Positions 10,978-20,485 of a DNA stretch of 64,000 nt are shown here, one piece after another. The DNA comes from an uncultured Gemmatimonadaceae bacterium. Lineage in GTDB: Bacteria > Gemmatimonadota > Gemmatimonadetes > Gemmatimonadales > Gemmatimonadaceae. Location: assembly GCA_963790305.1 (NCBI GenBank), contig CAWBOC010000009.1, forward strand, positions 160,001-224,000. The letters are read 5' to 3'. The notes below the pieces were generated by a model that made no database searches, had not been told where the DNA came from, and worked only from the letters and a program-made list of their open reading frames with translations. The first letter of the stretch is position 1. The number at the start of each line of letters is the position of its first letter. The position numbers and the translations under genes are program-made.

Positions 10978-11120
10978 AGGGGTCAGGAGTCAGGAGTCAG
11001 GGGTCAGGGGTGGAAAGGCGCGGCAGCTCCGCTGCCGCGCTCATTATGAAGGGGCCGCTCGCGCGTAGCGCGGCGGCCCCCTTTCCACCCCTGACCCCTG
11101 ACTCCTGACTCCTGATCCCT
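10978..11120. repeat. Inverted TCAGG(A/G)G heptamer arms enclosing two hairpins
   Basis: 10978-11018 versus 11080-11120 is a 41-bp inverted repeat with one mismatch. Internal stems at 11018-11040 and 11051-11080. Confidence 0.93.
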
Positions 11121-11154
11121 TTGATGCCCACGGTACCATCGCTATTTTCCGCGC

Positions 11155-12663
11155 GTGCGCACCCTCCTCGCGCTGGCATTCGTGCTCGCGGCCTGCTCTG
11201 GCTCCGAGCGCGGCGATGATCCAACCGCCAGTGACTCACCTACGGTCATGTCCGCCGGCGGCGCCGACCGCCTTCTCCTGCGCTTCGCGCGGGCGGGTGG
11301 ACCGGTGCGCGCGTTTGCGTATCCCAAGGTCGACTCCCTGGTATGGACCTCCCGCGCGGCGGTTCCCTCCGTGCAGCGCGTCCTGGGGTTCGACTCCGAC
11401 GCCGGGAGCGTAGCGGCGCTCGACACGAAGGGCGTCCCCCTCCGCGTCGACCTTCGGACTGGTGACGTGGCTCGCGAGACAAAAGCCAAGTTGTCCTACG
11501 CGGCATCGCAGGACGGCAACGCGATCTACGGCGTCGCCGTCGATGGAACGATTCGGCGCCTGACGCCCGCGGGGGAGTGGCGCTTCAAGCCGCCGACGGC
11601 GCCCCGCGAGCTGTTCCCTCAGTCCGATGGCGGCCTGCTCGTCGTTGCTGACGCGCGCAGTGGCACGACCGTGTGGCGGATGCATCCACCGCAGGAATCG
11701 CTCGTGGACACCGCTCGGCTTCCTCTCGCGCAACAGGCGATTGGAACGCCGCTCGGCGACCGTCTGTATTTCACCGTCGACACGGGGCTGATCGGCGTGC
11801 GCGCGCGCGATCTCGTCCCGGTACCGAGTGTTCGCGTGCCGCAGCGCATTCGCTCCGCCGTTACGACGCCGAGCGGGGATCGCATCTATCTGCTGACGGC
11901 CGGCTCCGCCGATTTGATCGTCGTCGATCGTTATGCGGAAGAGATCGCCGCACGCATCACTCTTCCCGACACGTCCCGCGAGCTTCGCATGGATCCGACC
12001 GGGCGTTTCGTGCTCGCCCGGGCCGCGGCGAAGGACTCGGCGTGGGTCGTCGCCGTCGCTACCGATACGCTCGTCGGGCGCGTGGCGACCGCCTGGCGTG
12101 ACGACCTCCCACTCGTCACGCCAGACGGCGCCCTGGCGCTGCTGCGCGGCAACGACGTGGTGCTCGTCGACAGCGACTCCCTCGAGGCCATACGACGCGT
12201 CGCCGGTGGTGGTCGCGATTTCTGGTATTTCATTGAGTGGAACGGATTCCGCCCGCGCAGCGCGTCGCTCGACGAGCCGGTGCAGTTCGAGGGAATGGAC
12301 ACGACCCCTCCCGATTCGGGCGACACGCTCGACCCATTCGCGGCCACCCCATCGCCCGACTCGCTCTCGCCTCCGGCGGACAGCGTCGCGGCTGCGCCTC
12401 GCGACACGACCCCCCCACCGCCGGCGCCGGCGACGAGCCCGGGGTTCACCGTGCAGTTCGCAGCGCTGCGATCGGAGGCTGCGGCAACTGCAGCGGCGAA
12501 CGAGATTCAGTCCGAGGGGCAGCGAGCGCACGTGGTGCGCACGACGCAGGGAGGACTCGACATTTGGCGCGTCGTGCTCGGTCCGTATCCCACGCGGGAA
12601 CGCGCCGAACAGGTCGCGCGGACCACGGGGCGATCGTACTGGATCTACGAGGGACGACCGTAG
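11155..12663 (+). CDS. Lipoprotein with probable beta-propeller, Pro-rich linker and C-terminal SPOR domain
   Basis: Lipobox LAAC; C-terminal FTVQFAAL...WRVVLGPYPTRERAE (SPOR pattern). Confidence 0.75.
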   Translation: MRTLLALAFVLAACSGSERGDDPTASDSPTVMSAGGADRLLLRFARAGGPVRAFAYPKVDSLVWTSRAAVPSVQRVLGFDSDAGSVAALDTKGVPLRVDLRTGDVARETKAKLSYAASQDGNAIYGVAVDGTIRRLTPAGEWRFKPPTAPRELFPQSDGGLLVVADARSGTTVWRMHPPQESLVDTARLPLAQQAIGTPLGDRLYFTVDTGLIGVRARDLVPVPSVRVPQRIRSAVTTPSGDRIYLLTAGSADLIVVDRYAEEIAARITLPDTSRELRMDPTGRFVLARAAAKDSAWVVAVATDTLVGRVATAWRDDLPLVTPDGALALLRGNDVVLVDSDSLEAIRRVAGGGRDFWYFIEWNGFRPRSASLDEPVQFEGMDTTPPDSGDTLDPFAATPSPDSLSPPADSVAAAPRDTTPPPPAPATSPGFTVQFAALRSEAAATAAANEIQSEGQRAHVVRTTQGGLDIWRVVLGPYPTRERAEQVARTTGRSYWIYEGRP

Positions 12664-13955
12664 TGGTCGCGCACGCCTCTGCGCCCGCGACGCGGTGGGA
12701 CGAGGCCACGCGCGACGTCGCGCCACTGCTGCAGGATCGGACGTGCATCGTCGTCGTCGGTGAGCAGGACGATGACGCCGCCAACGTCGCTCTCGCCCTC
12801 GCCCAGATCCACGTTCGGACGCGACGTGTCGCCATCGTGGATGCCGTGGGGGAGCTCGCGCCGCTCCAGAAGCTCCTGCCTCGCGACGCGCGATCCCATG
12901 GGGTGATCGATCATTTCGTGCATGGCGTGTCGCTGCGCAAGATCGCCCACTCCGTGAATCGTGAAGGGACGATGTTCGTCATCCCGAGCGGGGTCGGGCC
13001 GTTCGAATACGACACGCTCCTGCGCCGTGAGCGGTGGCGCCGCCTGACGATGGCGTTTCGTGGCGAGGGCGCCCTGCTCTGCATCGTTCTCCCTCCCAAT
13101 GCCGAAGGGCTGGTGGGTTTCGTCGAGGATACCGACGGGATCGTCCTCGTGGGCGACGTCGCGTATTCCGAAACGAGGCACATCATCGCGAACGTGCCAC
13201 GTGTGAGACGGAGCAGCTCCGACGCGAGCGTCGTTCCGTCCGGCTCGACGCCTCGACCGGGCCTTCTCGCGCGCGTCACTCGTCAGGCGCCTGCCAGGCG
13301 CGCCGCCCTCTTGGCCGCCGGTCTCGTGGCTCTCGTTGCCGGCGGCGCCCTGTTCGCGTGGGACCGCACGGATGATGTCGATGACGCTGCGGCGACGGGC
13401 GACATCGCTACGGCCGGCCCGGCCGCCGAGGCGCAGCGCGCCGGCACGGTCGGCCTCACCGAGAGCGATTCTGCTGCTGCCGCGATCTATTCCGTCGATG
13501 TGCTCATGCTCAACAGTCTCGCCGCCGCGAGCCGCCACCTTACCACTCGACTCGGTGCGATTCCCGCGGCGACGTTCTCCCCCGTGCAGCTCGGCACCGA
13601 CAGCGCGCGCTGGTACCGCCTGCTCGTCGGTGCGTGGCGGGAGCAGCGGCAGGCGGACTCGGCGCTGATGGCGCTGCGCGCTGCAGGCGTCCTCGAGATG
13701 GGCATTGGCTCGGTGCGACGTACGCCCTTTGCGGTGCGGGTCGCCGAGGACCTCAGCCCGACCGCGGCGAAGACTCGTGCGGTGGAGCTGCGAGCGCAGG
13801 GATTCCCGACGTACGCGCTCGAACGTGACGAGGGTCACGCTGGCGTGTACGCTGGTGCATTCGAGACCCCCTCGCAGGCGATGGCGCTTCTCGACATGTT
13901 CATGCGTGCTGGAATCGACGCGAATGTTGCTTACCGGATAGGGAGAGGAATCTAG
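12663..13955 (+). CDS. Membrane protein: degenerate BY-kinase/MinD-like N-domain, one TM helix, SPOR-like C-terminus
   Basis: GTG overlaps the previous stop; AANVALALAQ..RRVAIVDA; TM LLAAGLVALVAGGALFAW; WYRLLVGAW and VYAGAFET SPOR-like motifs. Confidence 0.65.
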   Translation: MVAHASAPATRWDEATRDVAPLLQDRTCIVVVGEQDDDAANVALALAQIHVRTRRVAIVDAVGELAPLQKLLPRDARSHGVIDHFVHGVSLRKIAHSVNREGTMFVIPSGVGPFEYDTLLRRERWRRLTMAFRGEGALLCIVLPPNAEGLVGFVEDTDGIVLVGDVAYSETRHIIANVPRVRRSSSDASVVPSGSTPRPGLLARVTRQAPARRAALLAAGLVALVAGGALFAWDRTDDVDDAAATGDIATAGPAAEAQRAGTVGLTESDSAAAAIYSVDVLMLNSLAAASRHLTTRLGAIPAATFSPVQLGTDSARWYRLLVGAWREQRQADSALMALRAAGVLEMGIGSVRRTPFAVRVAEDLSPTAAKTRAVELRAQGFPTYALERDEGHAGVYAGAFETPSQAMALLDMFMRAGIDANVAYRIGRGI

Positions 13956-16900
13956 GTGCGACTGCGAAAGCTCGAGCTCCACGGATTCAAGTCCTTCGCC
14001 GACCACGTCGATCTCGACTTCGAGTCGGGCGTCACGGCGATCGTCGGCCCGAATGGGTGCGGCAAGTCGAACGTCTCGGACGCCGTTCGCTGGGTCCTCG
14101 GTGAGCAGCGCGCGCGCCTGCTGCGCGGCGCGAAGATGGAGGAAGTCATCTTCCAGGGCTCCTCGGCGCGGCGACCGGTGAACATCGCCGAGGTGTCGCT
14201 TCACTTCGAGAACGATGACGGCGCCCTGCCCGTCCCGTTCAAGGAAGTGGTGATCACTCGCCGCCTATCGCGCAGCGGCGAGAGCGACTATCTGCTCAAC
14301 CGCGCTCCCTGCCGCCTGCGCGACATACAGGACCTCGTGCGCGGCACGGGACTCGGCGCCGATTCCGGCGTGGTCATCGAAGCGAGGATGATCGACGCGC
14401 TGCTCTCCGATCGGCCGGACGATCGGCGCGAGCTGTTCGAGGAGGCCGCCGGCGTGGGCCTCTATCGCGATCGCAAGCGCAGCACCGAGCGACGGCTCGA
14501 GGAGACGACGCTCGATCTGTCGCGCCTCGATGATCTCATCAACGAGGTCCAGAGCCAGGTGCGGTCGCTCGCGCGTCAGCGCAAGCGTGCCGAGCGACAC
14601 ACGGAGCTCACGGCGCGGCGTTTCGCGCTCGAGCTCACGCTCGTGTCTCGCGACATGGAGGCGTGGAGCGAGGAGCTGGTGCAGCTCGAGGAGCGCGTGG
14701 TCGCGCTTCGGGCCGAGGTTCCTCGATCCGATGAGCGGGTTCGCGTTGCTGAGCGGGCTCGTGAGGAAGCGCATCATGCGCGTGCGGCGGCCGAAGGTCA
14801 GCGCGCGGAGCTTGCCCGTCTCGTGAGCGCCCAGCAGGAGGATGTGCTGCGCCTCGAGAGCGAGATCGCCGTTGCCGAGGAGCGCCAGCGGAATGCGACG
14901 GCGCGACGGGAGCGCGCGGAAGAAGAGCGACGCGCGGGCGAGGAGCGCGGCTCGCGTCTCGCCGCGGATCGCGAAGGGGCTGGCGCGGAACGCGCGAGAC
15001 TCGAGGCTGAGCTCGCCGCCGCGCAGGAGGCACTCACGGAGCGTGTGCAGGCGGAGGAGGGAGCCCGAACGCAAGTCGCCGAGGCGCGGCGGTCTACCGA
15101 GGATTCGGAGCGCGCCATGCGCGAGCTTCGCGACGAGCGGCGTCGCCTCGAGCTCGATCGGGAGGGCGCGACGCGGGAGATCGAGGAGCTTGGCCAGCGA
15201 ATCGACGGACTCCACGAGGAGCGCGAGACTCTCGCCGAGGCGCTTTCGCTCGCCGCCGCCCGCCTCGATCTCGCCGAGCGGGATCTGGAGGAAGCAAAGA
15301 CGGCGGCTGTCATGGCCGAAGAAGCGCTCGGCATCGCGAGAACGGCGGCAACGGATGCGAGAGCGCGCGAGAGCGCTGCGCGGGACGAGTTGTTCCGGGC
15401 GGAGGAGGCACATACGAGCCTGCTGGGACGCGTCAACGCGCTGGAGACGCTCGAGCGCGAGCGCGTGGGGCTCGCTCCGGCGGCTGCGAAGCTGCTGCAG
15501 GAGCGGGGTCGTTTCGGCGAGGGCGCCATTCTGGGGCCGCTGTCTGACTTCATCAGCGCCGAAGCCACGGGCGCGATGCTCGTGGAGCGGTTTCTTGGCC
15601 CGAGTGTGCATGCCGTGCTGGTGCGCGACGCGGAGGCGGCGGACAGCGTGCGCGCGTGGCATGCCACGACGAACCCCGGCCCGTTGCTCCTTCTGCCACT
15701 CGATGCCGCTGATCCCGACTGGGAGATCAGCGATGCACTCGCGGGGCTGCTCGAGGTTCAGGACCTCGCCCGGCCCTGGGTACGCTCGCTGCTGGGCCAG
15801 GTTCGCCCCATCGATGAGGGGGCGGCCTTTCTCGACAGCCGTGGCGCCGTGTGGCTGCCTGGGCGCACGGCCGGACCAGGTCCGCTGCGTCGTCGTGCCG
15901 AGCTGTTCGAGCTCCGCGCCGAGCTCGGCGCCAGCGACGCCGCTCGTCAGGCGGCGAATGCCGAGGCCGACGCCGCGCGCGCGGCCCTCGATGTCGCTGA
16001 GCGCGGAACGACGGAAGCGGGCGATCTGAGCCAGGGTGCGCATCAGCAGGTCCGTCGTGCTGAAGAGCGACGCGCCGAGGCGGAGCGGGACGTCAAGCGG
16101 GCGACTCGAGAGCTCGAGAGCCTCGATACACTCGTCGATCGCCTAACGACACGTCGTGCTGATCTCTCGATGCGCGCCGCCGAGCTCGATGAGCGTCTTC
16201 AGGAGCTGGCGAACGCCCTCGACATTGCATCCGGTTCGCTGTCCGAGTGGCGCACGCGGCTCGTCGCCCTGGAAGGCGAGCAGGACGACACGCGAGAAGC
16301 GCGCACGCGCGGTCAGGTGGAGGTGGCGCAGGCGCAGGCCCGCCTTCAGGTCGCGCGCGACCGCGAGCGGCATCTCGCCGATGAGGCGGACGTCGCAACG
16401 GCGCGTCTTCAGCAGTTGCTGGCGGAGCTCACCGACATCACCTCGACGGACAGCGTGCTCGCCGGCCGCATGGCAGAGTGGCAATCCGATCTCGAGACGC
16501 GACGGGCGACGTTCGCGGACGGACGCACCCGCCTCGCCCGTTCGGAGGATGGCGTGCGTCACGCCGACGCGTCTCTGGACGAGACAGAGCGAGCAGTCGA
16601 CGAAGCGCGGCGACTTGCCACGTCGCTCGCGGAGGAGCTGCACCACGCGGAGCTTCGCTTGACGGAGCTCTCGGGACGGCGGACTGCCATTCGGGAGCGC
16701 CTGGAGGCGGAGTGGCGTCGTCCGCTGGAGGAGATGCTCGCTACACGTACGGAAGTCCAAGGGGAAGACCAGGCCCTGCGAGCGGAGCTCGAGGCGATTC
16801 GCGAGCAGCTCGAGGCGATGGGACCGGTGAACCCGCTGGCGATCGAGGAGCACGAGGAGGAAGTGAAGCGCCTCGACTTCCTCACCGCCCAGCGCGCCGA

Positions 16901-17486
16901 TCTCGCGGCCGCACGGAGCTCGCTCCAGCAGGCGATTCGCGAGATCGACTCGACGGCCCGCGAGCTTTTCCTCGCCACCTTCACCCAGGTGCGCGAGAAC
17001 TTCCGACAGATCTTCATGACGTTGTTCGGCGGCGGCGAATGCGACCTGCGGCTCGAGCATCCCGACGCGCCGCTCGAGTGCGACATCGAGATTCACGCGT
17101 CGCCACGCGGGAAGCGGACGCAGCGGATTCACCTGCTGTCGAGCGGAGAGCGTGCGCTGGTCGCGCTATCGCTGCTCTTCGGCATCTTCCTCACGAAGCC
17201 GAGTCCCTTCTGCCTGCTGGACGAGGTCGACGCGCCGCTCGACGACCAGAACATCGGCCGGTTCGTCCGAATGCTGAACCAGTTCAAGCAGAGCACGCAG
17301 TTCATCGTGATCACCCATAACCCGCGCACGACCACCGAAGCAGCCGATGCCGTGTACGGCGTGACAATGCAGGAGCCCGGGGTGTCGTCGCTCGTGAGCG
17401 TGCGACTGCGCGGTGGAGCGTCGGTGGACGAGGCGCTCGAGGGACGACTGGAAGCGGACGAGGCGGCCGTCGGCGCAGGAGCATGA
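13956..17486 (+). CDS. smc: Chromosome segregation protein SMC
   Basis: GFKSF, GPNGCGKSN Walker A, long coiled coils with hinge, GPVN, LLDEVDAPLD Walker B, QFIVITH. Confidence 0.97.
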   Translation: MRLRKLELHGFKSFADHVDLDFESGVTAIVGPNGCGKSNVSDAVRWVLGEQRARLLRGAKMEEVIFQGSSARRPVNIAEVSLHFENDDGALPVPFKEVVITRRLSRSGESDYLLNRAPCRLRDIQDLVRGTGLGADSGVVIEARMIDALLSDRPDDRRELFEEAAGVGLYRDRKRSTERRLEETTLDLSRLDDLINEVQSQVRSLARQRKRAERHTELTARRFALELTLVSRDMEAWSEELVQLEERVVALRAEVPRSDERVRVAERAREEAHHARAAAEGQRAELARLVSAQQEDVLRLESEIAVAEERQRNATARRERAEEERRAGEERGSRLAADREGAGAERARLEAELAAAQEALTERVQAEEGARTQVAEARRSTEDSERAMRELRDERRRLELDREGATREIEELGQRIDGLHEERETLAEALSLAAARLDLAERDLEEAKTAAVMAEEALGIARTAATDARARESAARDELFRAEEAHTSLLGRVNALETLERERVGLAPAAAKLLQERGRFGEGAILGPLSDFISAEATGAMLVERFLGPSVHAVLVRDAEAADSVRAWHATTNPGPLLLLPLDAADPDWEISDALAGLLEVQDLARPWVRSLLGQVRPIDEGAAFLDSRGAVWLPGRTAGPGPLRRRAELFELRAELGASDAARQAANAEADAARAALDVAERGTTEAGDLSQGAHQQVRRAEERRAEAERDVKRATRELESLDTLVDRLTTRRADLSMRAAELDERLQELANALDIASGSLSEWRTRLVALEGEQDDTREARTRGQVEVAQAQARLQVARDRERHLADEADVATARLQQLLAELTDITSTDSVLAGRMAEWQSDLETRRATFADGRTRLARSEDGVRHADASLDETERAVDEARRLATSLAEELHHAELRLTELSGRRTAIRERLEAEWRRPLEEMLATRTEVQGEDQALRAELEAIREQLEAMGPVNPLAIEEHEEEVKRLDFLTAQRADLAAARSSLQQAIREIDSTARELFLATFTQVRENFRQIFMTLFGGGECDLRLEHPDAPLECDIEIHASPRGKRTQRIHLLSSGERALVALSLLFGIFLTKPSPFCLLDEVDAPLDDQNIGRFVRMLNQFKQSTQFIVITHNPRTTTEAADAVYGVTMQEPGVSSLVSVRLRGGASVDEALEGRLEADEAAVGAGA

Positions 17487-17911
17487 TCCGCGCGGCGGTC
17501 GCCTGCGCGCTGCTCCTCTGCTCTGGCGCCGCCGAAGCGCAGACGAGCGAGCCACCCCGCGCTACGCTGCTCTACCAGAACTTTCCGAATCCGTTTCCGT
17601 CCGACGGCATCCTGGCAACGTGCGTATGGTTCGATCTCGCGCGCGCCACCGATGTGCATCTCCAGGTTCTCGACATCCGCGGGAATGTCGTACGCACGCT
17701 CGTTCCCGCCGCGAGCACGCCAGCGCAGCTTTCCGCTGGTCGCTACGGTCGCGGGACCGGCGACATTCCGAACGGGTTCGGCTGCGACGGCCAGTTCATC
17801 TGGGACGGCACGGCCTCCGACGGCAGTCTCGTCCCCGCGGGTGTGTATCTCTTGCGCCTGCGTGCCGACGGCGCGGACATCGTCCGTCGGATGCTCTTTC
17901 TCGGTCGCTGA
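17483..17911 (+). CDS. Small secreted protein consisting of a FlgD-Ig / T9SS-type-A-like domain
   Basis: Signal peptide, then LYQNFPNPF...VLDIRGNVVRTL...WDGTASDGSLVPAGVYLLRL. Confidence 0.75.
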   Translation: MIRAAVACALLLCSGAAEAQTSEPPRATLLYQNFPNPFPSDGILATCVWFDLARATDVHLQVLDIRGNVVRTLVPAASTPAQLSAGRYGRGTGDIPNGFGCDGQFIWDGTASDGSLVPAGVYLLRLRADGADIVRRMLFLGR

Positions 17912-18678
17912 TGCGCCTGACGACGGTCGGCACGGGAACCGTGACGCCATCCCCGTCGCGCGTTTGCGCTGGCCATCTCCTGACGACGGGCTCCGTGTCG
18001 ATCCTCCTCGACTGCGGGAGCGGCGTCGTGCACCGGTTGGCGCGTGCCGGCGTCGACTGGATGGCGATCACGCACGTCGCGATCACGCACTTTCACGCCG
18101 ACCACCTGAGCGATCTCGCCTTCCTGATATTCGCCTGGCGCCATGGCGCGGCGCAGCCACGAACGGCTCCGGTCGACATCATCGGTCCCCCCGGCACCGA
18201 TGCGCTGCTGACACGATTTGCCGACGCGTTCGGCGGCTGGGTTCGAGAACCGGGGTATCCGGTGCGCGTGAGCGAGACTTCTCCTGGCAGTGTCGTCGAT
18301 CTCAGCGGTGAGGTACGGCTGAGCGCGTTCAAGGTTCCGCACACGGAGGAAAGCGTGGCCTATGACCTCGTGCACGACGGGCGACGCGTGGTCTACACGG
18401 GCGACACGGGATTCGACGAGGGACTTGGACGGTGGGCGGCGGGATGCGATCTTCTCCTTGCGGAGTGCTCGCTGCCGGACGACCAGGAAATGGCGATTCA
18501 CCTCACGCCGCGGCGCTGTGGCGAGCTCGCGGCGGTCGCGCGGCCCCGAACGCTGGTGCTCACGCACTTCTACCCGCCCGTGGAGCAGGTGGACATCCGC
18601 GGTATCGTGCATGAGCGGTTCGACGGAACGCTCGTGCTCGCGGAAGACGGGTGGTCCATGGAGATCGAGGAGCGGTAA
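17911..18678 (+). CDS. MBL-fold metallohydrolase (RNase Z-like)
   Basis: GTG..P, LLDCG, THFHADH, YTGDT and LTHFYP motifs; ATG at 17911. Confidence 0.88.
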   Translation: MRLTTVGTGTVTPSPSRVCAGHLLTTGSVSILLDCGSGVVHRLARAGVDWMAITHVAITHFHADHLSDLAFLIFAWRHGAAQPRTAPVDIIGPPGTDALLTRFADAFGGWVREPGYPVRVSETSPGSVVDLSGEVRLSAFKVPHTEESVAYDLVHDGRRVVYTGDTGFDEGLGRWAAGCDLLLAECSLPDDQEMAIHLTPRRCGELAAVARPRTLVLTHFYPPVEQVDIRGIVHERFDGTLVLAEDGWSMEIEER

Positions 18679-19731
18679 TGCTCGTTGTGATGGAGCACGG
18701 GGCCACGCCCGAGCAGGTCGCGGGCGTCGTCAGGCTGATCGAGGAGCTCGGCTACCAGGCTCGCCCGATGCCTGGCTCCCAGCGCACGGCCATCGGGCTC
18801 GTCGGCAACGATGGGCGCGTCGAGGGATCGCGGTTCGAGACGCTGCCCGGCGTCGCGCAGGTCATTCACGTCACCAAGCCGTACAAGCAGGCCTCTCGCG
18901 AATGGCGTCCCGAGAACACCATCGTCACCATCGCGCCGGGCGTGCACGTCGGCGGCGACGATATCACACTCATTGCTGGACCGTGCTCGGTGGAGTCGGA
19001 GGAGCAGATCGTCGCCGCGGCGCGCGCCGTACGCGCGGCGGGAGCGTCATGTCTCCGCGGCGGGGCCTTCAAGCCGCGCAGCTCCCCGTACTCGTTTCAG
19101 GGACTTGGGAAGCGCGGCCTCGAGATGCTCGCGCTCGCGAAACGCGAGACCGGTCTCGCGATCGTCACCGAAGCGATGGATGACGAAGGCGCCGAGCTCG
19201 TCGCCGAGTACGCCGACTGCATCCAGATCGGCGCGCGCAACATGCAGAACTACTCGCTGCTGCGTACCGTCGGACGGTTAGGCAGGCCGGTGCTGCTCAA
19301 GCGGGGGCTGGCAGCGACGATCACCGATCTCCTCCTGAGCGCCGAGTACATCCTCAGCCGAAGGAAACGAGCAGGTCATCCTCTGCGAGCGCGGCGTGCG
19401 CAGCTTCGATACCGCCGCGCGGAACATGCTCGACCTGACCGCGATTCCCATCGTGCACAAGCTGTCGCACCTGCCGATTCTCGCCGATCCCAGCCACGGA
19501 ACGGGACTTCGGGACAAGGTCATTCCGATGGCGCGCGCCGCGGTCGCCGCGGGCGCGGATGGCATCCTCGTCGAGGTGCACCCGAACCCCGAGCGCGCGC
19601 TGTCCGACGGAGCGCAATCGCTCTTCCCGGAGCAGTTCGCGCAGCTGGTGGGGGAGCTTCGCGCGATCGCGACCGCCATTGGCCGCACCGTAACGCCAGT
19701 GCCCGGAACCTCTGCAGCCGGAGTGGCGTAG
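18678..19731 (+). CDS. aroF: DAHP synthase (type I-beta, N-terminal regulatory domain), frameshift near 19357
   Basis: [40 protein letters not shown]; continues as [11 protein letters not shown]...DPSHGTG...EVHPNP in the next frame. Confidence 0.92.
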
Positions 19732-19737
19732 AACTAC

Positions 19738-19801
19738 AACGAGGAATGAGGCAACGACGAAGTTGTGATGTGGGTCCACTTCCTCGCTCCTCATTCACGT
19801 T
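19738..19801. repeat. Short degenerate inverted heptamer element (AA(C/T)GAGG)
   Basis: aacgagg-aatgagg-caacgacgaagt ... acttcctcg-ctcctca-ttcacgtt. Confidence 0.65.
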
Positions 19802-19819
19802 CCGGGAAACCTTCATACG

Positions 19820-20485
19820 ATGACTGCATCAATTCGAGCTGTTCTGTTCGCCGCAGCCCTCGTGGGGGCGCCCGTCGCTTCGGCGGGTGCGCAGTCGCCG
19901 GGCGCGACACTCGATCGCGCGGTGCGCGCGTACAAGAATGTGAAGACGGTCCGCGCGTCATTCACGCAGACGATCACCAACCCGCTCCTCGGCGCAACGG
20001 TCCGCTCGGCGGGCGAGCTCCTGCAGCGGCGTCCCAATCACGTGTCAGTGCGCTTCACGGACCCGGCGGGAGACCGCATCGTCGCCGACGGCGCGTGGGT
20101 GTGGTTCTACCTTCCGAGCAGCGTACCCGGTCAGGTCATTCGGCAACGCATCGCCAGCGGGGGCAGCGGATCGCCGGACCTCACCGCGCAGTTCCTCGAC
20201 ACCCCCGCGTCGCGATTCAACGTGACCGATCTCGGACGCGAGAAGGTGAATGGAAGGACCGCTCGCGTGCTCTCGCTGGTGCCGAAGGCAGGCGTGGACG
20301 CGGCATTTACGAAGGCCGTCGTCTGGGTAGACAGCGCCGACGCGCTCATCCGGCAATTCGAGCTCACCGAGCCGAGCGAGATCGTCAGGCGCGTGACGAT
20401 CACCAAACTGACGTTGAATCCCACGATCGCCGCCTCGACGTTTCGGTTTACGCCACCGTCGGGGACGAAGGTGATCGATCAGTAA
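19820..20485 (+). CDS. lolA: Outer-membrane lipoprotein carrier LolA family
   Basis: Signal peptide; [30 protein letters not shown]. Confidence 0.85.
   Translation: MTASIRAVLFAAALVGAPVASAGAQSPGATLDRAVRAYKNVKTVRASFTQTITNPLLGATVRSAGELLQRRPNHVSVRFTDPAGDRIVADGAWVWFYLPSSVPGQVIRQRIASGGSGSPDLTAQFLDTPASRFNVTDLGREKVNGRTARVLSLVPKAGVDAAFTKAVVWVDSADALIRQFELTEPSEIVRRVTITKLTLNPTIAASTFRFTPPSGTKVIDQ

Noticed and set aside
12645..16043. Long antisense ORFs (519 aa, 592 aa) and many similar ones across the window
   Set aside because: Shadow ORFs opposite well-supported genes, expected at high GC, with no motifs.
19340..19380. Programmed frameshifting in aroF, the aldehyde dehydrogenase gene or rsfS
   Set aside because: No slippery sequence or stimulatory element is evident, and the many similar indels favour sequencing error.
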